From contig NW_004797290.1 of assembly GCF_000002075.1 (NCBI RefSeq), forward strand, positions 660,348 through 724,347: DNA of 64,000 nucleotides, read 5' to 3'. Made by a program: the position numbers and the translations under genes. This DNA comes from Aplysia californica (taxonomy: Eukaryota). How positions within the stretch are numbered: the stretch's first letter is position 1; every line of letters starts with the position of its first letter. The notes beneath the pieces are model-generated. The model worked only from the letters and a program-made list of their open reading frames with translations, was not told the origin of the DNA and searched no databases. Positions 36,182-48,800 of this stretch are shown here, one piece after another.

Positions 36182-36590
36182 GTGGCTATTAGAAAAACGA
36201 TCTAGATTCTACCTCTCACCCCGGGTGAGACTTGCGACCGTAGGCTATTCTCACCCGGTTTGAAACAAGACCTGTTTTTTCTAATTTCGGAATACTTTCT
36301 ATCGATGTGGATGATCAATTTGATAAAAGTGTGTACATGTGCATGATGGTGGTGGGTGTGTGGTGGGTGTTACTGTTACTGTGTTACAGTACAGTTGTAA
36401 TGGAACGTTTGTTCACGGCACAGAATTCTACAATTTTTCTGTTATCACAGTGTAGAATTCTGTGGTTTAGGGTGAACGCAAAATTTGTTGGCCTAGATCT
36501 AGGTTATAACGGTGAACGCGCACCGGGTGAGAATAGCCAAAAGACTCGCCTGCACTATTCTCACCCCGGGTGAGAATAGAGGTGGCCTTG
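36182..36590. mobile_element. Rearranged MITE fragments with TCTCACCC(C)GGGTGAGA palindromes
   Basis: 36182-36284 is a direct copy of ~38570-38716; 36285-36328 and 36400-36589 are inverted copies of ~39340-39385 and ~38717-38910. Confidence 0.7.
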
Positions 36591-36766
36591 CCTTGCCTTA
36601 TCAGTATCAGCGGCTTGCCTAAACGTGCGACTCTTGAGACGTCAGTGCCAGTGCAAAAACATTTTTATTACCAATTTGACTCCCTTTTCTGTCAGTCACA
36701 GATTGACATTTAGTCCTCATATTCCTAGAGTATCAGAACAAGGAGATGTAGATCTAGATCTAGATC

Positions 36767-37913
36767 TAGAGTAATCGTACCGGGTCGGGCAGCACGTTTT
36801 TTTCTAGCTCTCGGGCACTGGAGTACAAAAAGATCGTTTAAAACTTTGTTTTTAAATCTAAAATCTAGATCTAGATCTAGATTCTAGATATCTAGGTCTA
36901 GATATCTAGCCCCAAAAGAGTGGCACACAAACCTAAAGCAACCTCCCTTACTTTCGTTGAAACAACAGTTACAGCGATATTTTGCTAAAAATAGTCCTTA
37001 AGACAGCCTTTTCTTCATCAACTGAGCAAAACAGCGTGAAGCTGTTTCCCCGGAAGAGTTAACATTGGTTGTGGATGGAGGAGCCTGTGGCCTAGATTCT
37101 ACGTTTTGGTAAACTCTGAAAGCTCGAGAGTTATTTGCATATGAGGCCCCATCAAGGATGAAAGAAAATTTGCGGTTCAGCCTCGCCGTTTTTGCCCAAA
37201 GGGGGGGTGCCGTATTGTAACATAAAGTCCGTAGTTTCTCATCCTTCGGGCACATTTTATAAGATAATATAGTTCTAGTGCCAATGGTTATATAATAAAA
37301 AATCAAGAAATTTGTGCATAATTTAAATAATAGTAGAGTCAGATACAGGCATATTATATATTAGCCCAGTCAGACACCAGGGTAGTAGAGTCACAGTGTG
37401 TAATACAGTCGGCTATCAGTGTAGCAGAGTCAGATACCAGTGTAGTTGAGTGAGCCAGATGCCAGGGTGGTAGAGTCAGATACCACGTAGTAGAGTGGGT
37501 CAGATACATACTCATTAAAATAGCTATAAATGGTGAAAACCACTTTAGACAAACTATCATGGTGTCCAAGTGTTGATAACAAGCATTAAAAATCATGTTA
37601 TTAAGCTTGCAAAGAAACAAATGTGATAATAATTGAAAATGACCGAATGTCAAAATACTGCCCGAATCCATGAGAAAACAAAAAAAATGTGACCGAACAT
37701 GTAAATAAATCGGGCGTCACTTTTGCACCCAGTAAGGGCCTCAAATATATGAGAACAAGCTGAAACAGGTCATTCCTGGGGTCATCCAATCACAGGGCTT
37801 CCTGTAGCTGGTTTCGGTTTGTCTCTAGGGCAAGGCAGATAGGAGATATAAAGCTTTAAAGTCGACGTGCCTGTTTTCGTCCTTATTTTGACCGAACCGG
37901 TAATTTTACTCTA
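36767..37913. mobile_element. Possible hAT-like non-autonomous element
   Basis: Imperfect TIRs TAGAGTAATCGTACCGGGTCGG / TAGAGTAAAATTACCGGTTCGG; internal GTAGAGTCAGATACC tandem repeats at ~37330-37510; TSD obscured by TCTAGA runs. Confidence 0.5.
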
Positions 37914-37932
37914 GATCTAGGGTTTTGGAGAT

Positions 37933-38297
37933 GGTAGTGTCAATTGCCACCGAGTGACGCGGTGGCAATTGACAAAAATGGACTTTTTGTCAATTGCCAC
38001 CGAGTGAAGCGGTGTCAAGTCTGAAAATAACACTATATTTAGCATTACATGTGTGTCTAATGGGTCAATTTGTTTTCAACTAATTTCATTGGACGAGCAT
38101 CTAGTCTAGAGCTATGGTACCAACTTCGCGTGTTTTCAATGAGACGTAGGCCTAGATTTAGGCTAGCCTTAGCCTACACTTTGGTGCAGAACCAACACAG
38201 GCAATTCTAGAAGTAGAAGGTCACAAATGCACACAAACTCAAGCAGAAATTCACGTTATATCGGGGAACATAAATCGGGGGACGGGGGTCAGGAAAA

Positions 38298-38352
<55 letters not shown>

Positions 38353-38509
38353 GGACAGAGAGGCGAACGCACAACACCGAGCACTCGAGCACAATAAGCT
38401 AGATCTACCCACCACAATGCAAAAGAGCTCCAATTTACTCGGTGGCAATTGACAAAAAGTCAATTTTTGTCAATTGTCACCGCGTCACTCGGTGGCAATT
38501 GACACTACC
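37933..38509. mobile_element. Mutator-like (MULE/foldback) MITE
   Basis: Perfect 9-bp TSD TTTGGAGAT (37924-37932, 38510-38518); ~73-bp TIRs starting GGTAGTGTCAATTGCCACCGAGTG with 2 mismatches; internal (CA)n at 38299-38348. Confidence 0.9.
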
Positions 38510-38564
38510 TTTGGAGATATGGGTCTAGTGGTTTGGCAACCATTGGACCATTGTATTTCTTGTG

Positions 38565-38959
38565 GAAGTGGCTATCCTCACCCGGGGTGAGAATAAAAAT
38601 ACAATTGACCTTTCACCCGGGGTGAGAATAAAAAATACAATCGACATCTCACCCCGGGTGAGACTTGCCACCGTTGGCTATTCTCACCCGGTGTGAAACA
38701 AGACCTGTTTTTCCTAAGGCCACCTCTATTCTCACCCCGGGTGAGAATAGCGCAGGCGAGTCTTTTGGCTATTCTCACCCGGTGTACGTTAACCGCTATT
38801 ATAGCCTAGATCTAGGCCAACCAATTTTGCGTTCACCCTGAACCACAGAATTCTACACTGTGATAACAGAAAAATTGTAGAATTCTGTGCCGTGAACAAA
38901 CGTTCCATTTACTACTGTTAGCTTAAAAGCGTACAATTTTGTCTGTGGGCAGTGGAAAG

Positions 38960-38990
<31 letters not shown>

Positions 38991-39390
38991 GGGCTAGCGC
39001 GAGAACTTCCGGGCAAACAAAATGGCGACCCGCGTAGTTCGGCTGGATTCAAAAAGTAAAATAGCAGTAGCATCTTTGTAGACGACCCAATTAATTTACT
39101 TGTGTTTTAACATCATTTTTTAACTTTGTTTTGGTCAATTTGATCGTCCACACTGATAGACAGTATTCAGAAAGAGACAGAGAGAGAGAAGAGGGGAGGA
39201 GTAGATCTTGTGAGAACTTTCGGGCAAAACAAAATGGCGACCCACCTAGTTCGGCTCGATTCGAAAAGTGAAATAGCCATAGCATCTTTGTAGAGGATCA
39301 AATTAGCTTACTTTTGCCCAATAATGTAATTTTTTCTTTGTTTTTATCCATTTGATCATCCACACCGATAGAAAGTATTCCGAAATTAGC
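38565..39390. mobile_element. MITE complex (possibly Harbinger-like) with palindromic subterminal repeats and a ~212-bp internal tandem duplication
   Basis: Repeated TATTCTCACCCCGGGTGAGAATA palindromes; duplicated unit ~38960-39170 / ~39170-39385; homology to 36182-36590. Confidence 0.65.
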
Positions 39391-39818
39391 CTCAACCGCT
39401 ACTAACGCAGTCTTCAAAAGTCCGTGGCTCACGCCTCGGCCTGTCCTTGTTTTCTTCAACGGATCAGTTTCTTCAATGTCAAATAGGTAGCCTACCGTAC
39501 TTGACTACTTTCCCGAGAATCACACAGCTGACCACAGATGTTCTAGTTGTTACGAAAGGGGTTCGAAAGGAAAAAAAATATAGGTCAAGTTTCGAATGTT
39601 TTGCTCTCAAATTTTTCTTTTCACCTGCACAATGGTAGTTATTGTGTCTTTATCATACCTTACTTTTCAAGTAATATATATTGGAACATTTTTAAATTCA
39701 ATTGTAAAATTTCTGTGTTGTAAAAAAGTATAGCCCTTAGTATTCTTTCCTTTCTTCTACAGGTTTGAGTATGACATAAGAGTTTTGAGAGGCTGAGTGG
39801 ACAAAAAAAGTTGCAATC

Positions 39819-42800
39819 ATGTGGCACGAGGCAAGACGGCAGGAGAGGAAGATCAGGGGTCTGATGGTTGATTACAAAAGACGAGCTGATCGTAGAAGGG
39901 AGTTCTATGAAAAAATTGTAAGTCTCTAAGAGTATACCATGCACTTAAAAACATATTGGCTTTATTCCTTCAGGTCACCTTTGTGTATTTACTGATTAGT
40001 CTTAATTAATGCACTTCAGCTACATTGTCATTCTGACTCTGAAAGGTCATGTGACTCTTTGAGTATACATGCATGGAAATTACGAAATGGACTCATCATT
40101 TTGCAGAAAATGATGATAAGAAACTATTATTTTCTCAAATATAATCTTTGATGAATGTTTATTTTGTAGAAAATTATTAACCCCTTGTAAGTATTATTTT
40201 CAAAATGTTATATTTGAATGAATTATGGTCCCACAAGACAAAGTAAAGGTCGTTCCAGAGATGTAGCAGGTGATCCAGGGATAAGAGCGAAGAATTCGTG
40301 AAGAAAGGCTTTTGGAATATACCAGAGACAATCACATGTGTGTAGTTAAATATTTAATATGTTCCATACCATGTTTCTTTGGGGAATTTTGCTTTTACTG
40401 CTGACAGGCATGCAGTGGTTCCAGTTGTGTCCCCCACTTTTCAGTGGTGACCTTGGGGTGCTTTGTTTGAAATGTTAAATCTAGAAAACCTGTTTGCTTT
40501 GATATTTCATCATATTGAGACTGGCCAACAAGACTAGTCAGGTGACTTTTGAGTAATTGTAGTTATCAATACTAAGTCTAACTGCTAGCAGTCATGCATA
40601 TTATGCACAATATTCCATTGTTCTACCATTAGTCCTAGATGTGTGTGTAGCTAGTTATAAGGCGATTTCAAATCATGTTTCAGAAACTAGATCCTACACA
40701 GTTTCTGCGCATGTATGGGCGGCCTCTGAAAATCCATTTAGACCCTGCGGTTGCTACAGCTGCAGAAGGACCACAGAGCATGTAAGTAGATTTTTTCCCC
40801 GTTTGTGAACTTCTACTTTGCAGGCTGCATCAGTATAGATCTTCTTAAAGGCTGTGTGTAATCACTCTTAAAGCAAGTTTTACCAAGACTCTAAACAAGC
40901 AAGGAATATATGGGTCACTAGATGCTGATTGCTATGACCACATTTGTTGGGAATTGTTGGGACTTGCAGGAAACTAAACAATATTTTATAAGTTGTTTGT
41001 TTTAAAAACAGTAACAATAAATCTGAATGATTTTTATTAGAAGCTTGTCTATCTAATTTATTACCTTACTCCCATGTGAAATTTCATGGTGGGCAGAAAG
41101 TCCTGTTATCATCGATTGATTGGTGAAAAAAACGCTTTGTCACTTTTCCTTGTTCTCAAAACTCTGAAGCAGCGACAAAAATTGACAGTCAGTTTTTTAA
41201 ATCTTTCCTCTTTCAGGATGCCTTGGCAAGGTGATTCTAGTAACATGATTGATCGGTTTGATGTGAGGGCCAACCTTGACCTCATCCCTGAGTATGTACC
41301 GGAGAAAATTTCAATGTGAGTAGTGCTGGACTGTTACTATCAAACGATGTAGCATAAGCTAGGGGCTTGATTATTGTTTTAATTAATTTGAGACTCATTT
41401 AGATTATTTTTGTTGCTTTAAAGCACCCCATTGTGAAACTGACTAGATTATAGTGTTATGGCATATTTATGATAAATTTTATTTTGGATTTGAGCTATTG
41501 ACAAAAGGTGAAAAGGGCTGGAATGCCTGTTTTTCTCCTTCTGTGACAAAGAACACAAATGATGAATTTTTATTAAATCAACCTTCTTTAATGAAAAAGT
41601 GAACAAACATAGAAATCACCCACTGTAGATTGCATTTAAGTCAGTGAAGCAAAGAAATTTGCTATTTAGAATTTTTGTGTGAATTGTCATACATATAATG
41701 CAGGCAGATGAACTGACTTCATTTCTTTTCAGGCCCCCCACATCAAGGGAAGATGAAGATGAACGATTTGCAAACTATGAAAGATATCGCACTCTTGTGG
41801 AAAATGAAGCAGCAGGATGTAAGTTTGATGCAGCTTATGGTTATTCTTATTGTGTCACAAGTGAATGATGTTGATATTTTGAAATGTCGAGGAAGTAGTT
41901 ATGTCTCTTTAATGATAATAAATGGTATTTGCATAGTGCCTATCCTAGCTCAGCAGCAAGGTCTGTGCAGTACAAGCAGCTAATCAAGTGCTCACACACA
42001 AGGAAACTGATCAGGTCTTTTGCTGTCTATAGCTGTCAGTCACATCAAGGTGAAGTGGCAATTTATGTTAAGTGCCTTTCCCAAGGAAACAACGTCGGGC
42101 CCCCGATGGAGTGACCCACAATTGTTTGGTTGTGAGCCAAACACCCGTTATTATTGAGATACTTTTAAAATTTTATTTTATTCCTTTGAAATGTGTTCAG
42201 TGCGTTCATTATAAATCCCCCTGGTTTCTGATATCCTCCTTGTTGCTTGTGTAGAGAACAAATTTGATATCTTGTTCCATATGAATTATGGTCATGTATG
42301 TCGACAAAATCTATGTCATGATCTGACTGATCAAGCATCGTGTGTCTTATATGGACTGCTAAGTGGGTCTCCTTTGTAGACTTCTGAAGTATTTTAAATG
42401 ATATTTTTGTTTTTGTTAATTCTTTGATCCTCTTTTTACAAGCACCTGAAAAGAGGATTATAAAGTTTCATCAAAAATGAAAACATGTAATATAACATGT
42501 GGTGTAAAGTATGCCTTCTCCCCTAGACATCTGTCATACTTTTTAAAAATTTTACTTTTACCTGCAAAAAGGGCAAAGGTAGCCAAAAAATAATTTTCAC
42601 AGAAAATTAAGACAGATGGGTAGTGGGGAAAGGTCAGGATGGTATAGGTTTTTGAGAACATCCGAGCAAATATAGTGAATGGAGAATCATGATCACGGAT
42701 CTCTGTTTCAGATTTAGCACTAGTAGAAGAGCTGCTGGGGATATTGTCTATCTTCATGTGTGAATGATTATTTTCTCATTTAATGTTTCAGTGTCAGAAG

Positions 42801-45800
42801 AGTATTCCTTGCACCAGATCTATATGGATGAACATTTTGGGACCATCAACAAAGGGAATGAAGAAGAGAAGAAAAAGTAAGTTGTCTGCATTGTGAGAAT
42901 GCGAACAGTTTGAGAGAAAGTAAATTGCACACTTATTGCTCATTTAGGTATATTAGTTCAGTGTTAATGTTTGAAACTGAACATTTTTATTTCTACTGTG
43001 TTCTGGAATGATTCCATGATTCTCAAATGTGATAAATTGCAGGCTGAACACCACATTTTTTTTAGCCCGGAGACTTTTGATATCGAGATCTATATCAGTG
43101 TTTTGTCACTAGGTTTTATTTGGTGTTTTATCTTGAGTCCCTGCAATATCTATCAGGGAGCCTGCATGCCTTGAGTTTGAGAATGATTCTGGCTTTCTTT
43201 CTGGTCAATGTCAAATACTTGTTTGTTGATCTACTAAAGTCTGACAATTGGGTTGTAGCAATGAGTGTCTGTACTATTACCATTTGTTTAATTTCAGACT
43301 TGTTTTCTTAGTTTGAGATGGTATTTATGCTTGCCATCTTACTAGCAAGATATTTGATTGGGTTGATATAGCCATGTCTTCTAGGAGGAATGATATTGCA
43401 GTGTTCGCTATCTTTTGCAGGAATGCCGACAAGAAAGCTGCTATCGGCTTTGTTTATGAGGACAGCACGCCTGCCAAAGATAAAGATGCTGAGGAAAGTG
43501 AAGAAGAGGAGAGTGATGAAGATATTGAAACTGTAGACTTAGGTCAGTATTCTGTCTTGAGTTTTTTTTGGGTTTTTTTTTTCTTTTACAGAGAAGTGAA
43601 GTAATATTATGAATACTTTAAAAACAATATTTTGGAGCTGAAAGACAATTGGGAGCATCCAAATATGACATTGTTTAATATTAAGAGGAAAGGCAAAACA
43701 AGAATGATGATTTTTTGTATAGATTCAGAGCAAGTAAGCCCATTTAAAAAATAAAATTGAAAGGCAGTACACAGCTATTCATGACTTGGATTTATCTAGG
43801 TCTGTTTTTTCAGCTGTGTTTTTAGTATGTTCGAGGAGCATGTTTTTTTTCTCAAGGAATCAAAAATGTTTTTTTTTCTCCCCTTGCTGTTTCTTTTACT
43901 CGTATGAATATGAATAAGGATCACTGGAGTATCTTTTAAGGGGGGAAAAATCATTTGATGTGAAACCAGTGGTATATATGAGGCGATGGGTAAATAAATC
44001 TCTGAAAGAAGTGCGCTTGCTTTCTTTTGAATTAGTTTTGGTACATGGCAATGCAGAAAATTTCAAATTAATGATTAATAAACTGACAAATTTCTGCCAT
44101 GTGACTTTTCCCCTGCCTTTGCTTTACAGACGTTACAATAGATGTGGATATTTTGACCACGGAGCAGTGCTCAGAGATAAACTTGTGTGCAGCACAGTAC
44201 GGAATGAAAAATGATGATTTTATCAGGTATGTTGATCATGTAGAAAAAAAGCGATTAACATTTTTACTCATTTAGTTCTCATAAATGAATTTGTAGATGA
44301 AACAAAAATGAGGATTTTATCAGGTATATCAGTCGTGCATGGAGATGATGATAGTAGTAACTTGTACTTAGTAGTTCTTTTGAATTAATTTTAGGACTAA
44401 ATTTTTATTGTCGTGTCATCTCTGTTAGGGATGTACGACAATGGTATCATAGGGACACAGTCGGCTCTTGATCCTATTTTTTTACTCGAGGGAAATATCA
44501 GGGATAGATGAATGCAATCTCTTGGTTTGCACCATTATGTCACCATAGACCACAGTGTTTGTGTTGTTCAGTGGTCTCTGGCTAAAAGCACACTGGGTAA
44601 AAGGACAGTGTGCCTCAAAGCTCTCTGGCAGGGCTAAACTGAGTATATTTACTATATAATTATCACTCATAAGTGCACATTCCAAATGGACGATTTCATC
44701 TAATAGCAGAAATGTGCCTGTGCTAGTGTCAGATATGAGTCAGCTATAAAAATGACTGATTTCGCTATGAAGCTATGGAAAATAAGCAAACACCACATTC
44801 CCTCCTTTATTACTTGAAATTGCAGCTTTGAATGGGAGAAAAAGACATAGAGGCATGTTGTGAGACAGAATTGGGCAGTGAAGAAAACCAGTGCCTGACT
44901 ATGCATGGCAGGCGGACAGTGTGAGAGGGCTATGTCTTCATTATGACAGTCATTGTTTGTGATCACCTGGTGTTGGTAAACTTCATACCTTGGGGTGAGC
45001 GCAGCTCAATGATTCAACCCACCGTAGGGGGATCGGGGGCAAAGTAGGTCATAAGAATCAATGAAATTTGAAAGAATGCTTACTCTTGATTACTCCCTTT
45101 GGAAATTTACTTAATGAAATAGCATGTTTGCACAAGAGCACACTTTTCTTGTCACCTCAGCTGAATGCTATTAGCAGGAGACCGCTGTATTTATCTATGG
45201 TCTCTGTCCTGTGATGAATCTGTTGTATAGACCACTGTATCCCGAGAAATATCGGTAACTGTGGGTGCAAGTAAGGGTTGATGATCTGTGCTTGAACTTT
45301 TGATTATTTTAATGTATTATACACAATCCTTTGCAAGATAATGCAGGGAGGTTGAGAATGTATTAGCATGTTACGTACTTCTACAGTGACAGGCACAGAA
45401 GAGCCATCTCTCGGGAAGTCTTTTTTACAGGAGAGGTTAAAAACATTTTAATTTAAATCACAAATAACCACTTTAACTTTGATATCGGGTCGGTGTGTCA
45501 TGCATTTTTATTTAACCAACTTTTGCAACATTTATTGAGCTAATTTATTTGACATTTCTTTATAACAGTCAAAAGTAAGGATTTTCATAATTTTGGAGTT
45601 GGCTCATTTGTGCTGGACAGAATTGATGTATAAAGAAGAGGTTGTTTCTAGTTTTGTCTTATTTGACTCCACAATACAGATTGTTGCGCAAAGACAAAGA
45701 TGAGATGGAAGCTTTGAAGGAAGCGAGGCAGCTGGAGGAGGCAAAAGCTCAGTTTTCTGTATGTATATTTATTAATTTTTAAAAATATTGGTAGACTTTA

Positions 45801-48800
45801 TCATAGCTATATTCTTTCGTAAACAAGAGCTGATATTTCATTATAAGGCATTTATCATTTTGGATTCCTTACCTGTTACCTGTTAAGTGTTGAGGAATGG
45901 TTGAGTTAGATGATGGAGAACTTGATGCTTAGCCAGGCTGCAGAGGCAAATACCTCAGTAATTATTTAAAAGAAATGGAATTTTTTGAATTAAGACTATT
46001 TAGCACATTAGTAGCCCAACATCTACTAATTGTTTTGTGCTCCGTTATCAAACCATTTTAGTTAGAAAGTCTTGTCATCCAGGATTAGTTTGCCTTTCTC
46101 TCACTCTAAAAAGCTGTTTGTTAATCAGGGGATATAAAGAAACATTTTTACTGTGATTTGGGATTATTACTGATTGGCTCTGCTTAATTTTTTTATTTTG
46201 CTGTCAAGGAAATGAAACATTGTGGTCCTCTACGTTTGTCATTATAGGGACGCAAGTCAAGAAAAGAAAGAAGAGCTATCAACGAAAAAAGACAAAATCC
46301 TCATCGATTCAGCAGACCAAGGTAAGGAAATGGATGCGGTGACATTTTTATTATTTGATGAAAGTAGGGGACTGGTCTAACTTATTATTTTCGTTTTCTT
46401 GTAAGAGAGGTTTTCACTTTTTCCTGAGCTTGAATCGGTACTAAACACAACTAGTATTCTCTCTGGTATCGGAAAAAATTGGAATGGATTTTTTGAATAG
46501 TTTTTCTTCTATCCAAGCTATGGGTATACAAGTTTTACTTCTGATTCAGAGTATAAGAAAACTCTTTGACAAATACAGGTTTATGAAAGTGAAACAAAGA
46601 TCGGGCCACCAGAATTATATAATGTATTGATAAATAATCATTTTGTCTTTGCAGCGGGTCAGTTTTTTTATTAATGGCATAGATAAATGTATACATTAAT
46701 GTAAACACAAATATGCCTCAAGAGAAAACCAAATGCACAATATTACATCAACACAGACTACTTTTACACACATGCCATTGCTGTTCGCCACTAAGCACTG
46801 CCCTGTTTTTCTAGCGAGGGTTATTGTGTCTTGCTCAAGGACATGCCCCAGTGACCTGCTTTTTCAGGTGGCTGTTCAAGTAAGTTTGTCTGCTGAAGTA
46901 GAATTGATGCAGCAAGCTGTCAACATTTTTGACCAGTTTGCTTTGTCTGGAGTGTGATTACGACTTATTGGGGAGGGTTCTGAATTTCTTAAATCTGAAA
47001 ACTTCAATGTTAAAAATAGAATACCATTGGCTTGTTCAAGTTTGAATAAATAAAGCTATTCTCTAAGTGAAGTACCTTTCATCCTGCTTCTTTTGCCTAG
47101 TAAAAAGAATGTTTAAAAGTTTTTTGCCTGTTAACTTGAAGGTGAACAGTGGTTATTTGATGATTTAGTTAAAAAGGATGTAAATTGTCTATCTACAGCT
47201 ATGCAGCCCGTGAGAGTCCCAAATATGAACCCTACAAAAGGTGAGCTGTCTTTCAGATATGTTGGGCTGAGTAATTTTTGTTGTTGCTTTAATAAAGAAC
47301 ATAAATGATATATATATGTTATGTTTTTTTAGTTAAAAGTTTGTGAAGTCTTATGCAAGTGACAATAATATTGTTGAAGAATTTTGAGATGTTGTGCGTT
47401 TGCTTAAAGTATGCACTCCTTTTGTTTATGATGTATTATGTGCTCCACTCCCGTTTTGGTAAATTTGTTGGATTAAAATTACCAAAGGTAGATGGGAATG
47501 TAAAATAAAACTTTCATCTTACAAGATAGAGAAGCACGGAGTATGATTTTAGGTAATTTAAAAAAAAGGAAAAGCAGTGGAGTCTGCCTAAACCTAAATA
47601 CGTGGGACCACCTGATTGTCTTCAATTTGACTAGGTTTTCGGTTCAGAGATGGTTGCTTTAACTGCAATGATTTTGTGACAGATAGAGTTGGGAATGTAG
47701 CGCTTGTGGCAAAGTTCACTTTTTGTAAGATGTTTTCTCATGTACCTGTGTCAGTATATGCAATGTGAGCTGTAGACTGTACGCATTATGCTTTCTCTTT
47801 GGCATTGTTAGCTTACTGGATCTGCTGTCACACAAATTAGACAAAAAAGTAGATAGGGAAGTAAGAAAGAAAGCCCAATGCCAGTGATGTCTTGAAACAC
47901 ACCCTATGCTCATGGCCTCTGTGAACTAGCTACGTAGAAACAATAGGCCATGACCCACCAAAAGTCCTTTGACAGACACATTTTCTATCCTTGCGGCACT
48001 AGGCCTCGACACATGCTATGCTTCTCTCTGGCCTGCAATGGACCCACGAATGCTCTTGTGTCTCTTGTTTTGCTATCCTGAAGCATATAAGACTGGATGA
48101 TATGCATTACTTGAGGGCTGCTAGTGAATATTTAACGACATAAACCTTGAAATTCTTTTTGGTTTAGCTTTGGGAGCATTTTGAGTATTTCAATAGTTTT
48201 TTTACAAAGGCAAATAAAAAAAAAAAGAGAATTATACTTTGGATTTACAGCTGTTTTTGGATTAACTATGTTCAGTGTGAAGGGACCTTACTGCATCTTT
48301 CACTTGCAAGCAAATGCCTGACCCCATCAGATTTACAATCTGTGAGCATAAAGAGTTCGGATTCCTATTGATTGGGGATAGTTGGGCCTACTTCTTTTTT
48401 TTATCCATCTTTTGTTTCTGTCTATCTATCGTACTTTATCTCAGCAGTCAGTTTCAGCAGTCAGACTGCTGTTTTGTCTTTATGCTTTTCTTTACTCAAA
48501 TAAATATTGTGAGTGAATCTTAATCCACGTCTGTTTTTTTCCATGTGTGTACTCAGACCAGGATCATCATCCCGTTCACGGTCGCGCTCCCGCTCCCGCT
48601 CCAGAACGCCAGAGAAGGTGGAGGTGAAATTTATCACCAGCTTTGGTGCGGACAGTGACGAGGAGGCTGTGGTGCAGGGTCCGTCGTTACCTGCCAACCT
48701 ACAAGTCGCCACCGGGAAGAAAAGCGCTGCCTCTCCCGAGTCCTCTAAGTGTGAGGCTTCATGGTCGGTGTTTGAGATTGAGTCTCCTTCATTTCGACTA

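Noticed and set aside
45211-45310. Box C/D snoRNA candidate (GTGATGA)
   Set aside because: No properly placed terminal CTGA D box or closing stem found by eye; snoscan or Infernal would be needed.
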